Below, one piece after another: positions 43,836 to 50,900 of a stretch of 64,000 nt of DNA (its first letter is position 1; each line of letters starts with the position of its first letter). The position numbers were made by a program, and so were the translations under genes. The notes beneath the pieces are model-generated. The model did not search any database and was not told where the DNA came from. It saw only the letters and a list, made by a program, of their open reading frames with translations. Source of the stretch: an uncultured Candidatus Micrarchaeota archaeon (GTDB taxonomy: Archaea > Micrarchaeota > Micrarchaeia > Burarchaeales > Fermentimicrarchaeaceae); NCBI GenBank assembly GCA_903884505.1, contig CAISET010000027.1, forward strand, positions 1,211 to 65,210, written 5' to 3'.

Positions 43836-44075
43836 CGCCGGGGATGGGATTTTCAGCGCACCTGAAAGCGCCTTGCCTTCAGGCGAGCGCGTTTGAACCC
43901 ATACTGCCCTTGCGGGCAACCAGATATCGCAACCCCGGTTGCGCTGGCTCGCTCGTCGTTGCCAAACGACCTCGCTCGCCGCGCATATCCTCGGTTTCGA
44001 TGCTTCCGACAGCACCGCATTCTGCGAGGACGGGATACTCGAGTCTGGCGCGTTACCTGGCTCCGCCACCCCGGC
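43836..44075 (-). tRNA. tRNA-Ser(CGA) with two introns: 37/38 (43926-44037, 112 nt) and 59/60 (43850-43891, 42 nt)
   Basis: Exons read GCCGGGG TGGCGGAGCCAGGTAACGCG CCAGA CTCGAG | A TCTGG, variable arm TGCCC GCAA GGGCA, ATGGG TTCAAA | T CCCAT CCCCGGC G. BHB motifs at both junctions. Confidence 0.9.
43936..43991 (-). repeat. Core-only copy of the structured element (E5) inside tRNA-Ser intron 1
   Basis: AGGATATGCGC GGCGAGCGAG GTCGTT TGGC AACGAC GAGCGAGCC A GCGCAACCG; ends match E4's AGGATATGCGC...GCGCAACCG. Confidence 0.75.
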
Positions 44076-44119
44076 AAAGTGAAAGTAAGATTTGCGGCGA
44101 GAAGTTTTAAAGGCAGCTC

Positions 44120-44212
44120 TTTTCCGTTAACGCTTTTACGATATGAGCGCACGAGCAGAGCGAGAGCGAGCGGGTGAACCTCGTGAGCGGTGCGCTCAAC
44201 GGAAAAGGGTTA
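44120..44212 (+). repeat. Structured dispersed element, copy E2
   Basis: TTTTCCGTTAACGCTTTTACGATAT...ACGGAAAAGGGTTA. Confidence 0.9.
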
Positions 44213-46051
44213 TTATAGTATCGTCTGCCTCGTCACCGCTCTTTCGTATTCCTTGCATGAAACTATGAACGAGGCGAGGGACCAGGCCTGGTAATGGGGG
44301 ACCGGGGCGTCAGTTCCGTCGCCGTTGTAGAGCTCCGGAATTCCTCCGAAGTTCTTTGCAAGAATGTCGCTTATCAGCGGGTAGATATAGATATTGTAGG
44401 CGCGCTCCGTGTGCCCTGCCTTAATCTCCCTCTTCGCTGCCATTGAATTGAATACGGGCCACTGGTTCCCGCGGTGGTAGCTGCCGTCGCCAACGTGCTT
44501 TTCGAAGTAGCCCACCTCGTCCGGGGCAAGGGTGCGTATTCCCTTGCCTGCGAGCTTCTCCTTGGTGAGAATAAGGATGTCAGCCTCCAGCTCCTCATCA
44601 ACCACGCCGCAGTCGAGCGCGATGAGCTGGTTTGGCGTGAGTGCCGAATACTTCGCCATTTCGCCTGTGAGCAGGTCTGCGAAGTATTTGCGCGCGACAC
44701 CGCCGAGCTTTGCGCTGCACTTGAATGACTGGAGCGCGTTGATGGCTATTGCGGATGAGCGGAGAAGCTTGTCAGCGAACCTCTCATCAAATAGCTTTGC
44801 TAGCAGCAGGCAGTCGTAGATGAAGAGCGCCTGAACCTCTATCGGGAAGCCCTCGCGCGGCGTGAACTCCGTGTCCATCCAGGTCTCGTAGGGCTTGCAC
44901 CTGACGAGGCCTTTCGCATTCTGCCTCTTGTCGATTATCTGCTCGAGCGATGCGCGGATGAGGTCCGCCTTTTCCTCGAAGAACTTCTTATCCCCAGTAA
45001 GCAGCGCGTATTCGCCCGCGCGCCTGAAAAGCCATAGAGTCCCGTCAAAGCCGCGCCAGCCCGGTGGGTCCAGGCGGTCTGCGAAAACGCCTTCGCCGTT
45101 CATGTTCTCCTTCCTCAGCCAGAGGCCGAGGATTTGGCGCGCCTTGTCGTAGAGCCCCAATTCGAAATAGGCCTCAAGCGAAATCATGGAGTCGCGGAGC
45201 CATCCCTTGTCGCCTGCGAACCAGCGGTCGCCGGAAGCGGGAAGGCAGCCGTTGAACTGCAAGGAAAGGAACTGCAGGACCGCGAGCTGGAATGCGCGGT
45301 TCAGCTCATCATTGTTAGTCTTGAGCCTGAAACGGCTGGAGAAGGTGCGGATGCGCTCGCTTTTCGCCATCTTCAGCTCCTCGTAGTTGTTCCGCAGCCT
45401 CTCGTAATTGGTGCGCGCCTCCTCAGGCGTGTTTCCGAAGCCGATGAAGAAGCGCTTCCCCTTTATTGTGCACGGGGAGAAGCACCAGCGCTCGGCGATG
45501 TCGTTGCGGTCGTAGTCCTGTGGGTAGAACTTGTAGCGGTATTGGTGCAGCGGGGAGATGTCGCCTCCGCTGTCGCCCAGAGTTGCGAAGACGCCCTGCG
45601 AGCCGATAGTTGCGCGGCCGGACTCGATGCTTGAGGAGTAGTCCGTCCAGTTATGGGAATACCTGTCCCTGATGTCGAACTCGGGCTGGAATGTGATGGA
45701 GGAGAATTCGCCGTAGTAACTTATCGCGATGGCGGGGAAGCCGTCAGGGAGGAAGATTTCCTCCGTAATCTTCTTTCCGTTTGCGTTGTAGGCCTTCTCG
45801 GCAATCACGAAATCGGCCTGGAACGAGGCCTGGTTCTCGGGGGCGAGCGCGTGGCTGTCCGCGATTGCGAACCAGCCTTCCATCAGCTTCCGCGTTCCCC
45901 AGAAGAGCCCCTGATATTTGGAAGGGTTTTCAATCTCCTTTTCCTTGTGCCGCTGGTTGCGGATTTGCTGGTGCGGAAGAAGGAGGAAGAGATTGTCGCC
46001 GTTATTCAGGAGGAAGTCGTTCGCCGGCGAGGGTTTGGCCTGAAGCCTCAT
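44213..46051 (-). CDS. Amylo-alpha-1,6-glucosidase (glycogen debranching enzyme family)
   Basis: WLRDSMISLE, DGTLW, TWMDT..TPREGFPIEVQAL, PNQL, GIRTLAP, YHRG..WP, IPELYNG, QAWSLA. Confidence 0.88.
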   Translation of the reverse strand: MRLQAKPSPANDFLLNNGDNLFLLLPHQQIRNQRHKEKEIENPSKYQGLFWGTRKLMEGWFAIADSHALAPENQASFQADFVIAEKAYNANGKKITEEIFLPDGFPAIAISYYGEFSSITFQPEFDIRDRYSHNWTDYSSSIESGRATIGSQGVFATLGDSGGDISPLHQYRYKFYPQDYDRNDIAERWCFSPCTIKGKRFFIGFGNTPEEARTNYERLRNNYEELKMAKSERIRTFSSRFRLKTNNDELNRAFQLAVLQFLSLQFNGCLPASGDRWFAGDKGWLRDSMISLEAYFELGLYDKARQILGLWLRKENMNGEGVFADRLDPPGWRGFDGTLWLFRRAGEYALLTGDKKFFEEKADLIRASLEQIIDKRQNAKGLVRCKPYETWMDTEFTPREGFPIEVQALFIYDCLLLAKLFDERFADKLLRSSAIAINALQSFKCSAKLGGVARKYFADLLTGEMAKYSALTPNQLIALDCGVVDEELEADILILTKEKLAGKGIRTLAPDEVGYFEKHVGDGSYHRGNQWPVFNSMAAKREIKAGHTERAYNIYIYPLISDILAKNFGGIPELYNGDGTDAPVPHYQAWSLASFIVSCKEYERAVTRQTIL

Positions 46052-46088
46052 GGAAGGAATTTAAACCGCGCTATTTAAATGTTGCCGC

Positions 46089-46760
46089 ATGGCACGCGCT
46101 ACCGGGTATATCGTCCTGAATTTGAAGGCATATGCAGAGTCGACAGGAAAGGGGGCGGTCAGGCTCGCGAAGATAGCTGATGAGGTCTCGCGCGAGATGG
46201 AGGTCAGGGTGATAGTCTGCGCGCAGGCGACAGACCTTTCAAGGGTTGCCAAGGCCGTGAAAATCCCCGTTTTCGCGCAGCACGTTGATGAGAAGAAGCA
46301 GGGGGCTTTTACCGGGAGCATAACTGCTGAGGCTGCGAAGGATGCGGGCGCGGACGGCACTCTTATCAACCACTCCGAGAGGAAGCTGAAGCTCGAGCAG
46401 GTGGGCGCAATAATTGCCAGGTGCAAGGAGGCGGGCCTCCTCGCGATGGCGTGCGCGGCAACGGTTGCCGAGGCCGAGGAGATAGCGAGGTTCGGGCCGG
46501 AGTTCATAGCAATTGAGCCGCCAGAGCTGATAGGGAGCGGAATCTCGGTTTCTACTGCGAATCCTGATATTGTGAAGAATTCGGTGAAGGCAGTCCATGC
46601 CGTGGCGGACATCCCCGTCCTCTGCGGCGCCGGAATCTCAAATGGCGGCGATATCAAGAAGGCGATGGAGCTCGGGGCAGCGGGCGTGCTCCTCGCGAGC
46701 GCTTATGTCAGGGCGAAGGACCCGAAGGCGCTCCTTACTGAAATGGCCAGGAACGTCTAG
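46089..46760 (+). CDS. tpiA: Triosephosphate isomerase, archaeal type
   Basis: NLKAY, AQHVD, NHSER, IEPPELIG, CGAGIS, LLASA. Confidence 0.96.
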   Translation: MARATGYIVLNLKAYAESTGKGAVRLAKIADEVSREMEVRVIVCAQATDLSRVAKAVKIPVFAQHVDEKKQGAFTGSITAEAAKDAGADGTLINHSERKLKLEQVGAIIARCKEAGLLAMACAATVAEAEEIARFGPEFIAIEPPELIGSGISVSTANPDIVKNSVKAVHAVADIPVLCGAGISNGGDIKKAMELGAAGVLLASAYVRAKDPKALLTEMARNV

Positions 46761-46762
46761 CA

Positions 46763-46844
46763 TTTTCCGTTAACGCTTTTAGGATATGGCAGCGAGCGAG
46801 CCGCAGACACGCTGCGAGCGAGCGTCGCCAACCGAAAAGGGTTA
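46763..46844 (+). repeat. Structured dispersed element, copy E3
   Basis: Same conserved termini as E1, E2 and E4. Confidence 0.9.
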
Positions 46845-46894
46845 AGGCGAAGGACCCGAAGGCGCTTCTGACCGAAATGGCGAAGAACGTCTAG
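46841..46894 (+). pseudogene. Displaced duplicate of the tpiA 3' end
   Basis: 47/54 nt identical to 46707-46760; encodes VKAKDPKALLTEMAKNV*. Confidence 0.9.
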
Positions 46895-46898
46895 GCTC

Positions 46899-46989
46899 TT
46901 TTCCGTTAACGCTTTTAGGATATGCGCCTTCGAGCGAAGCGAGAGCGAGTCGCCCTGCTGACGAGCGACGGCGCAACCGAAAAGGGTTA
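46899..46989 (+). repeat. Structured dispersed element, copy E4
   Basis: Same conserved termini. Confidence 0.9.
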
Positions 46990-47067
46990 AGGCAGACGGA
47001 AAGGTTTTTAAACAAACTAAAGTCAATTGCTCATTAGTGGCGTTCAGTAAAACCTAGAGGTGGTGTT

Positions 47068-47556
47068 GTGGGCGGGATAATGGGGAAGAGCTGGAATGAC
47101 TATATCAAAGTGATAACGCTGCCTCTGGCGGTGTGGATACTGTGGGACCTAGCTAGCTTCGTGGTTGGCATCGTGTTCGCCTCGCAGTTTACCGCTGCCG
47201 TGGCCGAGGGCGCAGATGCCACAGGGGCGGCTGTGATAATTATGGTCATGGGCCTCGTAGGGCTGCTGGTCTATGCGATAGCAGGCCTCTGGATTGGCTG
47301 GAATACGGTGAAGATGATAAAGGGCTCGTACATTGAGGCTGCCGTGGCCGCGATAATTGCCGCGGTAATCGCCACCGTCGTGTCGGTCGTCCTCGGAATC
47401 ATCTCATCGGTGATAGCCGGCGGAGTCGCAGGCCTTGCAACCATGCTGGTAGGGCTGCTAATCACGGGTGTTATTGGCCTTATACTCGCTTGCGTGATTG
47501 TGGTAATCTTGGCAGTGATAGGGGTGTTCATCGCCAAGATGATGGGCAAGAGATAG
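47068..47556 (+). CDS. Four-TM membrane protein
   Basis: Highly hydrophobic ORF after a GAGGTGG RBS; T-tract follows. Confidence 0.85.
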   Translation: MGGIMGKSWNDYIKVITLPLAVWILWDLASFVVGIVFASQFTAAVAEGADATGAAVIIMVMGLVGLLVYAIAGLWIGWNTVKMIKGSYIEAAVAAIIAAVIATVVSVVLGIISSVIAGGVAGLATMLVGLLITGVIGLILACVIVVILAVIGVFIAKMMGKR

Positions 47557-47625
47557 GCGGCCTTCGATTTTCATTTTTTTTATTTCCTGAAATAGGCAGT
47601 CGGACTGTCAAAAGAGGTGGATTGA

Positions 47626-48309
47626 ATGGTGGAATTTGATTGGAGCATAGTAATGCAGCGCATGTCTGAGGCTACTGCCGCGATGGCAGTCGGCCTGATG
47701 CAGGCGGTCTGGGCGGCGTTCATCATCGTCGCTTACTACATTCTCGGCTGGTGCATCGCATTCGTCCTGATTGGGCTTCTCAAGAGCGCATTCGCGAGCA
47801 TAAAGCTCGAGCAGAAGATAAAGGAGCTTGGCATCCAGAACGCACTGCTTGGGATCAAGCTGACCGACCTGGTTTACGGGCTGCTTAAATTCTATATTAT
47901 AGTGGTGTTCCTCGGCGCTGCTGCCGCGCGCGTGGAGCTCGGGATTGTGACCGAGAAGCTGATTGACCTTGCGAACTACGTCCCGAACCTCATGCAGGGC
48001 CTTATCATAATCGTCGCGGCCCTGTTTGCGGCTGACTATGTCGCGGGAAGGATCAAGGGCGTGCAGTTCGCGAGGACCCTCGGCATGCTCATAAAGGTCT
48101 TCGTTGGATACACCGCGCTGGTTATCGCGATGCCGTCCATCCTGCCCCAGGCTGACACCTCAATCCTCAAGACCGCATTCACCCTGGTGGTAAGCTCGGT
48201 GGCAATCGCCGTTGGCTTGGGCCTGGGCATTGCGCTCGGCTGGGGCCTGAAGGACACGGTCAGCGAAGTCGCGAAGAAGAAGAGGAAAATGCTCGAGAAC
48301 CTCCTTTAA
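47626..48309 (+). CDS. MscS-like N-terminal TM-helix repeat membrane protein
   Basis: YVPNL..GLIII..ALFAAD and C-terminal GLGLGIALGWGLKD.V pattern. Confidence 0.75.
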   Translation: MVEFDWSIVMQRMSEATAAMAVGLMQAVWAAFIIVAYYILGWCIAFVLIGLLKSAFASIKLEQKIKELGIQNALLGIKLTDLVYGLLKFYIIVVFLGAAAARVELGIVTEKLIDLANYVPNLMQGLIIIVAALFAADYVAGRIKGVQFARTLGMLIKVFVGYTALVIAMPSILPQADTSILKTAFTLVVSSVAIAVGLGLGIALGWGLKDTVSEVAKKKRKMLENLL

Positions 48310-48310
48310 G

Positions 48311-48356
48311 GTTCCTTCTTTTCCTTTTTCTTTCCCTTTTTTCTTCATCTTTTTTG
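48311..48356 (+). terminator. Long pyrimidine/T-tract, probable archaeal terminator
   Basis: TTCCTTCTTTTCCTTTTTCTTTCCCTTTTTTCTTCATCTTTTTT directly after the stop. Confidence 0.6.
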
Positions 48357-48381
48357 TGCCGTCCCCCAGAAGAATCCCTGC

Positions 48382-48567
48382 ATGAAGCCGCACATCCGCA
48401 CCCCGCTCCCGGGCCCGAATGAGAGGAAGACGGCTGCGATGAAAAGGTTCGCGGTGAATTCTACTTTCGAGTACCCTTCTGCGATCAGGGATGGGAAGGG
48501 CTGCTGGCTTGAGGACACGGACGGGAACAGTTTTCATGGCGTCTGCCCGAGCGGAGTCTCAATCTAG
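48382..48567 (+). pseudogene. N-terminal remnant of a class III aminotransferase
   Basis: MKPHIRTPLPGP...YPSAIRDGKGCWLEDTDGNSF, after which homology is lost and a stop follows. Confidence 0.75.
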
Positions 48568-48596
48568 GGTTATGCTTGCTTGTCTTCAATCTAGGA

Positions 48597-49514
48597 TTAG
48601 GTCGACTTCTGGACCGTCTCTACTGCTATGTAAAGAGTTTCAGTTATGCTGCCGTCGTTAACATCCACGACGTAGCCGTAGGGCCACGCACGGGTTATGT
48701 CGTATCTCGCTATATCCTCCATCCTGGAGTTCATGAGGACTATAGCCATGTTGCGCCTGCTGACCGAGCCGCTTATTGTCTGGTAGCGCCAGCTATAGAG
48801 CTCACTCTGCTGCATGTACGGGATGCGCAGGACTATGTTGCGCGGCGTGCCTGTCGGGCCGTTGGAAAGGAAGAGCGCATCTGGGTTCTTGGGGTCGAGC
48901 CTCTCGCCGGGCGCAACCGTTACCCCTACGCGGTCATAGCTGCTTGAGGTCACTATGCCGTCAATCTCAACCCTGAACCCACCATAGCCTGCGCCCAGGT
49001 AGTCGAGCCAGACAACGCCCGTGGGCGCATCACCCTCGCCCCCTCCAACGCCTGCAGGGGTAGGTGTTGGCGTCGGGGTTGGAGTAGGTGTTGCCTCGGG
49101 CGTCGGGGTTGGAGTTGAAACAGGAGTTGGGGTGGGAGTAGGTGTTGCCTCAGGAGTCGGAGTGGGCGTCGGCGCGATTTCGACGCAGGTGCAGTTGATT
49201 GTGCAGAACAGCCCTGATGGGCACGGTATTCCGCGCTCGCACATTTCACCCAGGTCCAGAATTCCATTGCCGCAATAAGGTGAAGGCTGCGGGGTCGGTG
49301 TCACGGTGGGCGTTTCAGTGGGCGCGGGAGTGCCGGTTTGCTCGGGCGTCGCGGTCGGCACAGGTGTGCCGGTTGGCGCTGGAGTCGCCGTGTGCACTGG
49401 CGTAGGGGTAGGAGTAGGGGTGCCGCCCTGCCACGGGAGCGTTATGCAGCCCGCGAGCAGTATGACCGCCGCAGCCGCAATGATGATAAGATTGAAGTGT
49501 TTCATTCCCTTCAC
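48597..49514 (-). CDS. Lipoprotein: PT linkers, Cys-rich module, C-terminal T4 gp19-like tail-tube domain
   Basis: LLAGC lipobox; FRVEIDG...NIVLR...SELYSW...RRNMAIVL...[10 protein letters not shown]...ETLYIAVE. Confidence 0.75.
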   Translation of the reverse strand: MKGMKHFNLIIIAAAAVILLAGCITLPWQGGTPTPTPTPVHTATPAPTGTPVPTATPEQTGTPAPTETPTVTPTPQPSPYCGNGILDLGEMCERGIPCPSGLFCTINCTCVEIAPTPTPTPEATPTPTPTPVSTPTPTPEATPTPTPTPTPTPAGVGGGEGDAPTGVVWLDYLGAGYGGFRVEIDGIVTSSSYDRVGVTVAPGERLDPKNPDALFLSNGPTGTPRNIVLRIPYMQQSELYSWRYQTISGSVSRRNMAIVLMNSRMEDIARYDITRAWPYGYVVDVNDGSITETLYIAVETVQKST

Positions 49515-49999
49515 CCGATGACGCCCAAATCCCTCTCAAACGTCGTATAATTGTAGATGTAAGTCGCATATGTTATCCCATGTATGAGCCCCGTCGTCCG
49601 CGAGGCGGGCGTTGTGCGGTAGAAGAAATACTGGGTCTGCACCACTCCTGAGCCCGTGCGGATTTTCAGTACCATATCCTTCATATGGCCCGGGGTGCCC
49701 GGGTCCTCAGTATACCACGCTTTCAGGCTGCTGTCATTGTAGAACCCTGAAACCGGCGCCGTTATGAAGAGGGCGCTGTAGGTCGTTGCGCCAGGCGATT
49801 TGGTGACCGTTGGTGAACCGCCTACTCTGGTTTCCACTATTTCCGTGAAGGTCGAGAATTCAATCGGGTTGTTTGGGTACGCCTGGTACCTGGCATCATA
49901 CTGTAATATGGTGGAGAACGGGCCGTCCGGCAGTGCCGGGCGCGCATTGATTATGAGCGCGAATGCAAGCAGCGCGAAGAGGATTGCGTAAAGCCTCAT
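49511..49999 (-). CDS. Secreted protein with a divergent gp19-like tail-tube domain
   Basis: Signal peptide; EIVETRVGG...KSPG.TTY...LKAWY...KDMVLKI...QYFFYRTTP. Confidence 0.65.
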   Translation of the reverse strand: MRLYAILFALLAFALIINARPALPDGPFSTILQYDARYQAYPNNPIEFSTFTEIVETRVGGSPTVTKSPGATTYSALFITAPVSGFYNDSSLKAWYTEDPGTPGHMKDMVLKIRTGSGVVQTQYFFYRTTPASRTTGLIHGITYATYIYNYTTFERDLGVIG

Positions 50000-50110
50000 G
50001 AAGGTTTTATTGAAAGAGAGGATTTATTAATCGATTGTTGCCTTCCGCAGCTTCTCCGAGTAGTCTATGCAGGCCGCCTTCTTGTCCGTAAACTCCTCTA
50101 TCGAGTCACC

Positions 50111-50839
50111 TTATGACGGAGTCACGGTCGGCGTGTCTATCAGGTAGAAGTCATCGACCTCGATGTAGCCGTGCTGCCTTGTGGCGGATGCGTCCACAAT
50201 CTTCAGGTAGCCCCTCTTGTTAAGCCATTGGCTCACGTCCCAGGAATAGCGCCTGAAGCTTGTCGTTGGGTTGTCCGGCTCAAGGTGCTTCACGGGCTGC
50301 CCGTCAACCCAGAGCTCAACGTAAATCTGCCCATTCTGCATTCCGGTTGCGAGGAATTCCAGGTAAGGCTTGGAGATTGTAAACGCATCGGAGGTAAGCG
50401 TGCCCCTTGCGCCGGCGTCCCGGATTGGGAGATATGAGGAGGCGGCATACCTTCCCTCGTAGTTATAGTAAGGCTGGTCCAGGTACATGTGGTTCACGTT
50501 CGCGGTGATGATGTCGGACGGCTCGCTTCCGAAGCCAGTATCGGTCACGGTCCAGTGCGAGTAGTCGCCCGTCTCGAAGTTTCCGTTCTGCAGTGGAACC
50601 TTTGCTGGCTGGACAGCCGGAGTCGGGGTCGGCGCGGGAGTCTGGGTGGTAGAGGGCGTATGCGTTGCTATCGGAGTCGGCGCGGGAGTCGCGGCGTGGA
50701 ATGGCGTCGGAGTTGCAGGTGGAGTATATGTGGGCGTGGGGGTCGGGGTTGTCTCGCCGATTGGAATGGAGATTCCGCAAACGGAGAACAGCATAAGAAC
50801 GGCGCCTGCAGCAGCGAGAATTGCGAAATTCCCGGACAT
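50111..50839 (-). CDS. Exported PT-linker protein with a carbohydrate-binding-like beta-sandwich
   Basis: Signal/lipobox-like FSVC; NGNFETGDYSHW..., GTLTSDAFTI..YLEF, WDVS..., GYIEVDDF. Confidence 0.75.
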   Translation of the reverse strand: MSGNFAILAAAGAVLMLFSVCGISIPIGETTPTPTPTYTPPATPTPFHAATPAPTPIATHTPSTTQTPAPTPTPAVQPAKVPLQNGNFETGDYSHWTVTDTGFGSEPSDIITANVNHMYLDQPYYNYEGRYAASSYLPIRDAGARGTLTSDAFTISKPYLEFLATGMQNGQIYVELWVDGQPVKHLEPDNPTTSFRRYSWDVSQWLNKRGYLKIVDASATRQHGYIEVDDFYLIDTPTVTPS

Positions 50840-50900
50840 CCGACCACCTCGGATTAGCTTTCGCGCCACTATTTAAAAATGGCGCGCCAAATGATTTGCC

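Noticed and set aside
43836-44075. Highly structured 240-nt region first read as SRP or RNase P RNA
   Set aside because: It resolves fully into tRNA-Ser exons plus two BHB introns.
46763-46989. Repeat-spacer-repeat look suggesting a CRISPR mini-array
   Set aside because: Units have two different conserved ends around a folded core, the 'spacer' is a tpiA tail, copies are dispersed, and no cas genes are present.
49060-49425. Short tandem DNA repeats (also near 31820-31960, 33510-33580, 50620-50750)
   Set aside because: They simply encode Pro-Thr linkers with varied codons, not independent repeat elements.
48382-50869. Prophage or contractile injection system locus
   Set aside because: No integrase, terminase, capsid, sheath, baseplate or spike genes in the window; the tube-like proteins carry export signals.
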